From Octopus vulgaris (Eukaryota), in contig OX597822.1 in NCBI GenBank assembly GCA_951406725.2, positions 10,664,001 through 10,728,000 on the forward strand: 64,000 nt of DNA, read 5' to 3'. The notes beneath the pieces were generated by a model. That model did not search any database. It had not been told where the DNA came from and was given only the letters and a program-made list of their open reading frames with translations. Below, one piece after another: positions 1 through 10,563 of the stretch (its first letter is position 1; each line of letters opens with the position of its first letter). Position numbers and translations under genes: made by a program.

Positions 1-380
1 ATAATGAGAAATGTCGAATGAAGTGTTAGATCGGTAAATTTATTTTAGTTAAGCCTTGTCTAAGTTAGACAGGTTTAAACAAGTAAACACAGCTTACCTT
101 TGCTTTACTTACTCATTGGATTAAGTTTTTGATATACATAACGACCAACGAGTATTAACTTAAACAATAACACTAACCGAGACAACAACAACAACAACAG
201 CAACTACTACCACCACCAACACCACTGCTACAACTACTACTAGAGTGAAACACCCTGTGCCACTTGTACAGATAATTTTAGAAAGAGGTGAACAAGAACA
301 GGATGTTATACAAACAATAGAAATAATCAACATTTCTTTATCTGCCACAAGGGGGTCAGATGGAGAGACATTACAAAATA

Positions 381-783
381 TCTTTATATATAAAAGTGAA
401 GTTGTGTGTCTGTCTCCTACGATTTAGATTCCTAACTACTACCACATTTTGCGGTGCAGTGTAACCAAAACCGGGTATTTTATAGTCGTGATTCATATCG
501 AGCCCTTCTGGGTATTAGCGCGCGTCTACGATGAGTCTACGATTTAAAAAAAATTTACCATAATTTTTCCATATTTTTAATGCATTTTCGCTCGGTTTAT
601 ATAAGGGAAGTAACTCTCTAAAATGTATTATTAAATCTCAGAACGTAAAAAGCTACAGTAACACTCACCCCCCCCTCCTTTGTGGTTAGCCATGTTGAGA
701 TGGCTATTATACTTTACATCTCTGAAAATGCTTATATAGTTATTTCCCTTACAAACCCGAGCAACGCCGGGTGATACTGCTAG
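381..783 (+). mobile_element. Non-autonomous Helitron-like element (~400 bp)
   Basis: Starts with TC after an A (A|TCTTTATATATAAAAG). Ends with a subterminal hairpin CCCG-AGCAACGC-CGGG (756-771) followed by CTAG|T. No TSD is visible and the insertion sits between A and T, all Helitron hallmarks. Confidence 0.8.
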
Positions 784-1079
784 TATTATATAAATGGGGA
801 AGGTTTTAGAGCGAGTGTGAAGGAAACGGTCATGAAAGCCAACATAAACATTATATCTGATGAAACCTGGGTCTTTTCTGAATATCAGACACCCCGCATT
901 ACTTGGGCTAACCAAAGGGGCCGTAAACCTCTAAGCGAGTCGAATATCTTATTCTAGCAGATGCAATTACATATTAACAAAATTCTATACAAATCTTTGT
1001 GCCTTGAATAGCAAATTGTATTTTTTAAAGGAATTGAAGCAAGCGCAACAGTACCAGGAGGCTCCCAAGATAGGTAAAG

Positions 1080-1340
1080 TAAGGTAAAGTTTTCTTCTCA
1101 AGTCAAACCAACTGACAAGGGCCGGTTTCCGGTTTCCCGATTTCATGGCGTATATATTCCGCGCCTGGACAGGACACAGGTCCGTCGCAGGGTTACTCAT
1201 TTTTGCCAGCTGAGTGGACTGGAACAACGTGAAATAAAGTGCTTTGCCCCAGAACACAACGCGTCGCTCGGTCCTGAAATCGAAACCACAGTCCTACAAT
1301 AATGAGTGTAATACCCTAACTGGTAAGCTACGCGCCTCCA
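1080..1340 (-). mobile_element. tRNA-derived SINE
   Basis: Reverse complement starts TGGAGGCGCGTAGCTTACCAGTTAGGG...GGTTTCGATTTC (A/B-box-like). The body resembles the copies at 53449-53660 and 5424-5817. Confidence 0.65.
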
Positions 1341-2029
1341 CAGATATATAGACCACGGATCAGAGCAGTTGCTACTGTTCTTGCGCTTCTGATGATGACG
1401 CTCTTCTACTAATTCAACAAAGGTTTCCGTTGCAATGACAGCATAAATAAAATGATGTGAACTCTTTTTCATGCTCATAAATCCTAGCAGTCAAGGGGTT
1501 GGGGCAACCAGTATTACAGCAAAGGCCTCCGTCTCCCTTCCAGACTCAATTGGAAGTCTCATTCGACGTTTCAGTCATCATATTGTGCTGATGGGAAGGA
1601 AATTGAACTTACGTATAGGCTTCAGAGTAGGGCGAAAATAGTGCCCCGAAGGAATTGATGAAGGTTAAAATCTAAGTACTTGACAGCTGTCTGCAGGGAC
1701 TTTATAAGCATGAAAGGACACCAAAAGGAGAGTGAAAAGGAGGAAATACTTTGCTGATGCGTGTGAAAGTTATATTCTGAGTTCAAATCCTAATGGCATC
1801 AAACTTTTTTTTCATTTTTCCACATTGATAAAATAAAGTACATGCCAGATACTTTATTAATTATATATCTATAACTCAACTTCAGGACTTATTCTTTTTA
1901 AGCTTAGTACTTATTATATCGGTCTTTTTGCCGAACGGCCAAGATATGGGGGCATAAACACACCAGCATCTGTTATCAAGTGATAGTGAGGGAGAGACAA
2001 ACACAGACACACACACGAGCACATAATTA

Positions 2030-2925
2030 TACAGGGTACGGTGTACAAACTGTTGTCTAAATTACGCAAAACTGAAAATAACACTGACATCTCATTTTAA
2101 CAGATATATTTGCCAAAATTACATAAAAACATCCTGAAATAATAAACAGTAAAGTTATTCAATAAAAATCGCCATTGGCTTCAACCACGGCCTCTAGACC
2201 GCTCGGTTCAAAGTCTCCCTTTACCACAAGTGGCCTGAACTCTTTACATGAACACCACCCTGTACATAACTCCATGTCCCCCTACCTGGCCTTGCATTTT
2301 GCTTTTTGAGCCTAAAAATTAACTAACTTCGGAATCTTCTGCAACCCTTCTGGAAGGTCTCCTTGTTTGAGTTGGTGAATGCTGCCGTAATCCTTGTCGT
2401 CAGTTCATCTTTGACGAAACAGGGAGTTTTGTTGATCTCCCGCTCAACTGCACCCCACACATAATAATCAAGAGGAGTTGCAATCTGAAGAGTTAAGTTA
2501 CCTGATGTTAGGGTTGATGTGGAAGCGGAAATTGTTTTCTGCTTGTGTGACCTGTTGCTAGACACAGGGTCTTCCAGAAAGCCCCCCTCGTGATCCTGGG
2601 CAGCACTACCTCCTCCAACCTCCGTGTTGTGCTTGAGGCCGTGTCAGACGATGAATGGAGGCATAACGTCGCCTTCACTAGTGATCACTGCAAACACCAT
2701 GATGTTGACTGGATGCTTGTTTCTTATCACCCTCGGTACATGCCCTCAGATTAACACTTAGAAATGTTCGTATTCGAGCTTCCGGCGCGAATGGTGCTGT
2801 TTTTCTCACAAACGGTACCCAACTGATTCTACTATACTGTGTAGTCGATAAAACTAAAAACAAACTATGCGCATGCGCGAAAGGAAAACAATTAAATGGC
2901 GACAGTCTAGCCCTCGCACCATATA
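2030..2925 (-). mobile_element. Degenerate Tc1/mariner-superfamily transposon (maT-like)
   Basis: Minus-strand peptide remnants PLDYYVWGAVEREINKTP...KDELTTRITAAF...CRRFRS and HPVNIMVFAVITSEGDVMPPF are typical of the transposase catalytic domain. Boundaries are approximate. Confidence 0.65.
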
Positions 2926-2935
2926 TACACATACG

Positions 2936-2989
<54 letters not shown>

Positions 2990-3016
2990 TATACATACAT
3001 ACATACATACACACAC

Positions 3017-3052
<36 letters not shown>

Positions 3053-3252
3053 CCCAGTCGTATATATATATATATATATACGACTGGGTTCTTTCAGTTT
3101 CCGTCAACGAAATCCATTCACTTGTTGACCCTAGGCTATAGTAGACTGAACCCGGAACTATGTGGTTGGGAAGCAAGCTTCTCACCACATGCCCACGCCT
3201 GCGCCTATACACACACGCACGCACACACACGCACACACACACACACACACAT

Positions 3253-3333
<81 letters not shown>

Positions 3334-5423
3334 GAAAGAGAGAGAGAGAAAGGGGGCGTGAGTGTGCGAGTAATTGAGAAAGAGAGAAGTTGCCGGAGGG
3401 TAAGTGGTAAGAAGTGTGCTTTGTGACCACCTGTTTCAGGTTCTGTCTCACAGCGCGGCGCTTAGAAATAGTGTGTATTCTGTTTTAGCTCTGGTTAGAT
3501 CTATGTTTCCATTATTCCGCAAAACATGTCTGGTCATGAGGAACTCGGATATAGGTGAGGGACGGTTATTCGTGGGAACAACGACAACAACTGTTAATCA
3601 ACGGATAATACAACTGAGTGATGTGAATGAGGTCATAACTGAACCAACACTCTGTATCGTAACGGTGCGTTTGTGAGTCTAAAAGACATATTAACATTAT
3701 AATGCATATTCTTTTTGTCTTGCAGGGTGTAAATATGCCGCAATTGGAAATAAGACGTTTAAATACTGGTGGTGGAGGGGGTCTGGAAGTACTACTACCT
3801 GTCCAAAAAGAGTAGGGGAAACGCAAGTTGTCCTCGTCAATTGGCATTTATCTAGCTCGCTACTTCGGCCCCTGTAGCTTATCTTTTCCAGTAACGAATC
3901 ATATCCATGTCAACTGACCAACAAAATTCTTAGAAGAAATTGATTTAGACTCCGGACACCTAAAGCCAGAACCTAAGACAGCAGTGAAAATGGACATTTT
4001 GCTGGTACATAGGTTAACTCAGGTGAAAAACCATACATGTATGACATTATATAAAGAATATTTTCTCAAACTGGATGCCATATAAAAATAAAAACCTATC
4101 TTTGAACTGGCTGAATAAATCGGGTCTAAATAAAGCTGCAGAAATACCAGAATTTACCATGTTGGGATACGCCACCCCTAATTAATATATTATCAAAAAT
4201 ATGCACAATTCTACATTACAGTATAGAAAATAAAATTGCTTACGTGGATCATTTCTTGAAAGAATATACCGTATTTATATTGAAGCCAATACGAAATTCA
4301 AGAAAATATTCTTAGAGACGCAGTAATTTAGCAAAGCTGCACTACATCACCTTATCACCAAATTTCAGTTGCTTCAAGTAAAACATTGCCCAGATACTTA
4401 TATTAACTTGTGGTTGTTCCAGAAAGTAACACTGCGAAACTTTTATCTAAATTTATCTTACAAACAACCATAAAACACATAATACCCTTGTTATCAATCT
4501 TGGCGACAGAAATGACAATCGTGTACTAATTAACCAATAATTAACCAAAAGCAAAAAGCAAAATGACAACACAAGTGGCAAATAGTTTTGATAAGAAAAA
4601 TCTCATAGGATATTTGTGTGTAATCTTTTATTTGTTTCAGTCATTAGACTTCGGCCATGCTGGGGCAACCCCTTGAAGAGATTTTAATCAGACGAATCGA
4701 CTCCGTAACTTTTTTTAAACCTGGCATTTAATCTATCAGTTTATTTTGCAGAACCTCTACTTTTACGAGGAGGTAAACAAACCAGCACCGGTAGTCAAGC
4801 TGTGTGCAAAGTGGACAAACACGCGCGCGCGCGCGTACACGCATATATATGACAGGAGGCTCATTTCAGTTTCCGTCAACCAAATCTACTCACAAGGCTT
4901 TGGTCGGCCTGAGGCTATAGTAGAAGACACTTGCTGAAGGTACCACATAGTGCGATTGAACCCAGAGCCACATGGTTGAGAAGCAAGCTTCTTACCAGAC
5001 ATCCTGCGCCTATATATAATCTTTTTACTCACTAAAGTAGATTGCTTAGTTCCTCTGCTCGTTAATGACTCATTGTTGTCTTTCCTTGCTTTCAGTTAAT
5101 ATTTTAATGTCTTGGCAGCAAAGATTTTATGGCGATTTTAGGAGAAATATACTTCTAAAATCTAATAGAGTCGAGAATCCCTCATCCAAATTTTACGGGA
5201 CAGAAATTATCGCGAAATTCGGATTTTCGGATTTCAGAATAATTTGGTAGTTGCATCTATAAAATGCGCTGTCTTGGGAGACGCGTCTAATAGATGTGGA
5301 ATCGATAGGAAACCAAAGGCATTACACCGACCAAACTGCTGAACTAAGAAAATAGGCACACCACTCCACAAAAAATGCCTCGCATGGCATTTAAAGAATG
5401 TGTCAGTTGCCTTATTTATGACA

Positions 5424-5817
5424 GGAGGCGCAATGGCCCAGGAGTTAGGGCAGCGGACTCTCGGTCATAGGATTGCGGTTCCGATTCCCAGACCGGGCGT
5501 TGTGAGTGTTTATTGAGCGAAAACACCTAAAAGCTCCACGAGGCTCCGGTAGGGGATGGTGGTGATCCCTGCTGTACTCTTTCACCATAACTTTCTCTCA
5601 CTCTTACTTCCTGTTTCTGTTGTACCTGTATTTCAAGGGGTCGGCTTTGTCACTCTCTGTGTCACGCTGAATATCCCCGAGAACTACGTTAAGGGCGCAC
5701 TTGTCTGTGGAGTGCTCAGCCACTTACGTTAATTTCACGAGCAGGCTGTTCCGTTGATTCGGATCAACCGGAACCCTCATCGTCGTAACCGACGGAGTGT
5801 TTCCATGTCCATCCCCC
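5424..5817 (+). mobile_element. tRNA-derived SINE with 10-bp target-site duplication
   Basis: tRNA-like head GGAGGCGCAATGGCCCAGGAGTTAGGGC...GGTTCCGATTCCC. Flanked by ATTTATGACA at 5414-5423 and 5818-5827. A homologous copy lies at ~54175-54455. Confidence 0.8.
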
Positions 5818-6130
5818 ATTTATGACAAGTTAACTGGAATGATACGTAGTTAATTCCGTTAGGACATTTACATATTACCTATAAAGAAGTCACAGGTAGG
5901 CTGTAGAAAATGGCAATACTAGATTTTTATTCATATTTTCTGGCATTCTTCACAGCCTTTGTTAGCTATGTTCTAGATATCTGGATGTAACAATTAAATT
6001 TTGGAAGGAAAATTTTAATTAAGACGTTGGTAGATGATCAGTAATTTTAAGATCGACGTCAGTATATTAGTGAGTGGATTTGGTATACGGAAACTGAAAG
6101 AAGAAGCCCGTCGTATATACGAGCCCATCG

Positions 6131-6167
<37 letters not shown>

Positions 6168-7083
6168 ATGTATGTGCGTGCATATGTTTGTCTGTGTTTG
6201 TCTCCCCAACATCGCTTGACAATCGATGCTGGTGTATTTACGTGTCTGTAACTTAGCGGTTCGGCAAAAAGAGACTGATAGATTAAGTACTAGGCTTACA
6301 AAGAATAAGTCCCGGGGTCGATTTGCTCGACTAAAGGCGGTACTCCAGCATGGCCGCAGTCAAATGACTGAAACAAGTAAAAGAGTAAAAGAATTAAAGA
6401 GTAACGAAAATGTTTCGTTGAGTGTTGAAAACAACCCTCTTCGATCATCGATCTTTTGAAACTAAAATGGCAGATAAAGCAACGAGGAAGACTTTACATC
6501 ATTGATTGACATTTTAGAAATAGCAGCTAAATCTCTCTTTACTCATACTTCTTATCGTCACAAAAGAAGGACATATTAGATACGTTATGTTAGAATTAAA
6601 AACAGATGGTCACGGATGGAATGTTTTGCATAATGTCTACTCGTATAGTGTTGATTCCAAGTTAAATAACAACAGCAAAAAATCATCATCATCATATTCA
6701 ACAGCAACGAATACAACAGTAGCAACATCAACAGAAAGGTCAACAACAAAAAAAAAAAACCAACACCAAATGAAATTTAATTAATAAAATTAAGGAGACT
6801 TTTAAAAATATATAAACTAGTTTCATAAAAATTAAATATGCAGATATATCACATTTCTGCTTTTTGTTGATTTGATTTAAACACATTTCAAATTAATTTT
6901 CATGTCAACTAGTTTATCGCTAATTAGATTAGATTGAATTAGTATTAAATTAAATTATTTAAAATTTAATTTAAAGTTCAGCCACAGAGAATAAAGTTGT
7001 AGTAACAAATAGTTCTCTGTAGCTCTCTCATATTGTATCTATCTACCAACAGATCTAGCCATCAGTACATACATACTTACATA

Positions 7084-7157
<74 letters not shown>

Positions 7158-7214
7158 ACGATTATATAATATATATATTATATAATCATGCATACATGCA
7201 TAAATATATGTATA

Positions 7215-7360
7215 TAAACTGTCCGATGAACGGCAACGGGAAACTCAGAGTAACAGGTTTTGCTGAATTTTCTGCTGCTTTAAATAAAGCATATTACTCT
7301 ACCACTGGTATTTGAGTACCCTTTTTCCCACCTTGTTTCACATTTATGTGTTTACTCCGG
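7215..7360 (+). mobile_element. 3' tail of a second PLE family with a hammerhead-like motif (7219-7256)
   Basis: CTGT-CCGATGA-A-CG-GCAA-CG-G-GAAA-CTCAGAG-TA-ACAG, then AATAAA, ending directly in (TA)n. Lies tail-to-tail with the large array. Confidence 0.55.
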
Positions 7361-7432
7361 TATATATATATATATATATGAAAAAACAAGTAAAAAATAG
7401 AAAATGCTAAAATAATTTTATAGTGAACATTT

Positions 7433-7470
7433 CAGTACCGGTTTCGGTCATTTTGAGACCTTTTCAACTG
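7433..7470 (-). ncRNA. Minimal type I hammerhead ribozyme, U3-A8 variant (unit 1)
   Basis: Sense strand reads CAG-UUGAAAA-GGUC-UCAAAAU-GACC-GAAA-CCGG-UA-CUG: stem I CAG/CUG, stem II GGUC/GACC, palindromic ACCGGU stem III, GUA cleavage triplet. Confidence 0.8.
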
Positions 7471-7801
7471 TAACGATTAAATAATTAAATTTAGAAAAAT
7501 TAGAAGAAAAGTTTTTTTAAAAGAATATTTCTATAGTAGTGTTCAGATTTAAGTGGCATTCTGCCTTTCTCTGACTCCCTTGTTTGCACTTGTGTGTTCG
7601 AGGTAGTTGTGAGTTCTTGGTAGGGTAGTAGAGGGAAGGCTGGTGAGGAAAGGGGGTGGGAGAATCTGGGAGTGCCCTGATGGTCGTATTTTGAATGGTC
7701 AGTGGCGGCTGGCAGTCTCAGTTCAATTCAGGATTGTTTATAGAATTAGCGTAGGTGTTATACTAAAAAACATTAGTGACAAACTTAAGGGGTAGGGGGT
7801 G

Positions 7802-8074
7802 GAGAAGAAGAAGAAGAAGAAGAAGAAGAAGAAGAAGAAGAAGAAGAAGAAGAAGAAGAAGGAGAAGGAGAAGATGATGGTGATGGTGGTGATGATTATG
7901 ACGACGATGATGATGATAACGATGATGAAGAAGAAGAAGAAGAAGAAGAAGAAGAAGAAGAAGAAGAAGAAGAAGAAGAAGAAGAAGAAGAAGAAGAAGG
8001 AGAAGGAGAAGATGGTGGTGATGATGATGACGCCGATGATGATGATAACGATGATGATGAAGAAGAAGAAGAAG
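7802..8074 (+). repeat. Compound (GAA)n/(GAT)n triplet tract in the PLE 3' UTR (present in every unit and in the solo copy)
   Basis: Directly visible. Repeat-length differences here account for most of the variation between units. Confidence 0.95.
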
Positions 8075-8208
8075 AAAAAAACAGAGAAGGGAGAATATGA
8101 ATGGGTGTAAATATAGCTATGAAGGGGCTGATTAGTAATGGATTCTATGGAGTGTAGTATTTGTGTGTGTATATATATTTTTTTCTTTTATTCTAAAGTT
8201 GAGGTATA

Positions 8209-10563
8209 TTAATTGTTTGTCGTAGACCCGTTAAGAAGTGGCTTGTATTTTGTAATAAAGAGATTTTCTTTACTTATTCTTTGTCTCGAGGTTGTATCGT
8301 CCCTAAATTGGTAGAGGGGGAAAATTCTGAAGTTTGGTGTTTTTTTGTTGGCGCAAGTATCTATGTGTTGGCTAAAAGCTATTTTTCTGTTTTGGGGAAT
8401 TTTTATCTGGGATCTGTGCAGGGCCATTCGTTTACGCAAACCATTTTTTGTTTGGCCTATGTACTGCTCTTGACACCCGGAGCAGGTTAGTGAGTATATT
8501 AGGTTCTCCGAAGCACATGTGAAGTTGCTTTTCACTGTAAACCGTTGTCCCTGTTTGAAGGAGAACTCCGAACCCTCGATTAGATAGTCGCATATCCCGC
8601 AATTGGGTCTTCCACATTTTTTTACTGTCGGCTTCTGTGTTGAAGAGTGAATTCGGGCTTGTGTAAGGAGACTTTTCATGGATCTAGGCTGTCTTTTGCT
8701 TTTTATGATCGTGTGTGTTTGGAGGATTGTGTTCATTCTGTGGTCTTTTTTTAGGAGGGGTATGTTGTGGAGGATGGTGTCGAAGGCTTCGTTATTGAGA
8801 GGGTTGTGTGTGGAGATGTATGGTAAGGCTTTTGGTTGTAAGTTTTTCTTTGATTTGGGATGTCTCAGTTCCTTGATGTTAAGTTGAAGGGCACGTTGAA
8901 TGCACTTGTCAATAAGTGAAGGTGGATAGTTCCTGGTGATTAGGGTATCTTTTAGTTCTTGTAGTCGTGTGTCTCTGGTGTTTGCGTTAGAGACTATAGT
9001 GCATATCCTTTTTGCTAGATTGAAGGGGATATTCATCCTGGTGTGTCTGGGGTGGCATGAATTGAATGGAAGATATTGCTTAGAGTCTGTAGGCTTATAG
9101 TATATGTCTGTTTCTATTATATTATTAGCTTTCTTAATGAGGATATCGAGGAAGGGGAGTTGTTGTTGGCTATATTCCATCGTGAATTGGATGTTTACGT
9201 CCAGTCCGTTTAAAATTTTCTGGAATTCTATGAGTTTTTCTATATTTTTATGCCAAAGGATGAAACAGTCATCTAGATATCTCTTCCAGTTGTTTTCTAT
9301 GTAGATGGAGAAAGGGCTGCCATATCTTTCTAGAACCTTACGATACAGACTGATCTCTAGGTATCCTATGACTAGGTTGGCAAAGGAGGGGGCCATTCGT
9401 GTACCCATCGCAGTCCCCGATTTTTGTCGGTAGAAGTTGTCATTGAAGGCGAAGAAGTTATTTTCCAGGATGAATTTAACCCCTTCTATCACAAATTCTT
9501 TTTTGATGCGGTGTGGTAGTTCGTTGGCGTGATTCTCTAGCCAGAATTGGATTGCCTCTAGTCCTAGGTTGTGGGGGATATTGGAGTAGAGGTTGACTAC
9601 ATCGAAGGATACCAGTATGGTGTTTTTGTTTATAGTATTCGGTAGGTGATTGAGCATATCTAAGTCGTCCCTTATATAGCTTTTGACATGTTTGAGGAGT
9701 GGTTTTAACAGGGTGTCTAAAAAGTTACTGAGGCGGTGGGTTTCGCATGCGGGACCTGCTATTATGGGTCTCAATTTGAGGTCATTAGGATTAGGGACTT
9801 TAATTATTTTGTCTGTAGCTATCTTGCATGCGTTGCTTATTTTTTCACTTTTGTGGATCTTAGGTATACCGTAGAATTGGCTAGTTTTACTTGTGAAATT
9901 GGTCATATAATCATATTCTTTGTCGGTGAGCCCTGCTTTGTATGGGTTTAATATGGATTTTAGTTCCCTCATTATTTTTTGTTGACTGTAGTTTTGTGCC
10001 TTTTCATAGTATCTTGTGTCTTCCAGCATAGAAAGTACCAAAGTTATGTAAAATGTCGTATCCATTAAGACAACAGCACTCCCTTTATCGGCCTCTTTGA
10101 TTGTTATTGTTTTATCTAGTTTTAATTTGTTCAACTCAGCCCATTCTTTTTTGCTGAAGTTTGGTTTGTGTTTTTGTTTGTGCATATGTTGATATGGGTA
10201 ATTTGATATGTGGTCACAGAAATCATCAAGTGTTTTATTCTTACCTTTCGAGGGGGTGTAGTTACTCCTATTTCTGGCTAACGATTCGTCCTCGTTGTAT
10301 TTATCGTATAGCTCCTCAGTAAGTCTTAATTTTCTGCAGAATTCTGCGATGTCTTCTTTCATTTCATTGTAGTTGGGGTGTTGTGGGGTGGGTGTAAACT
10401 TGAGTCCTTTGGAAAGTATGTTTATTTGGTTTGCTGTTAGTTCCTTGTGAGTTAGATTAATAATTTTTATTACTTTTGGTTCCTCCTGCTTGTTTGGTGC
10501 TATCTTGTGTCTCTGTGTTTGCGTATTGGGTCTAAAAAATGAATGCGGTGGTTGGGACGGTAG
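8209..10563 (-). CDS. PLE ORF2: reverse transcriptase + Cys linker + GIY-YIG endonuclease (Neptune-like), unit 1; frame open from 10563, first AUG at 10362
   Basis: RT motifs: ADKG, SFDVVNLYSNIP, QKSGTAMGTRMAPSFANL, RYLDD, LPFLDI, YYKPT, SCHP. Linker CGRPNCGIC. Endonuclease NLIYSLTCSGCQEQYIGQT...RMALH...QH. Manual translation upstream of the AUG gives IINLTHKELTANQINILSKGLKFTPTP with no stop until 10564-10566. Confidence 0.95.
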   Translation of the reverse strand, partial: LPSQPPHSFFRPNTQTQRHKIAPNKQEEPKVIKIINLTHKELTANQINILSKGLKFTPTPQHPNYNEMKEDIAEFCRKLRLTEELYDKYNEDESLARNRSNYTPSKGKNKTLDDFCDHISNYPYQHMHKQKHKPNFSKKEWAELNKLKLDKTITIKEADKGSAVVLMDTTFYITLVLSMLEDTRYYEKAQNYSQQKIMRELKSILNPYKAGLTDKEYDYMTNFTSKTSQFYGIPKIHKSEKISNACKIATDKIIKVPNPNDLKLRPIIAGPACETHRLSNFLDTLLKPLLKHVKSYIRDDLDMLNHLPNTINKNTILVSFDVVNLYSNIPHNLGLEAIQFWLENHANELPHRIKKEFVIEGVKFILENNFFAFNDNFYRQKSGTAMGTRMAPSFANLVIGYLEISLYRKVLERYGSPFSIYIENNWKRYLDDCFILWHKNIEKLIEFQKILNGLDVNIQFTMEYSQQQLPFLDILIKKANNIIETDIYYKPTDSKQYLPFNSCHPRHTRMNIPFNLAKRICTIVSNANTRDTRLQELKDTLITRNYPPSLIDKCIQRALQLNIKELRHPKSKKNLQPKALPYISTHNPLNNEAFDTILHNIPLLKKDHRMNTILQTHTIIKSKRQPRSMKSLLTQARIHSSTQKPTVKKCGRPNCGICDYLIEGSEFSFKQGQRFTVKSNFTCASENLIYSLTCSGCQEQYIGQTKNGLRKRMALHRSQIKIPQNRKIAFSQHIDTCANKKTPNFRIFPLYQFRDDTTSRQRISKENLFITKYKPLLNGSTTNN

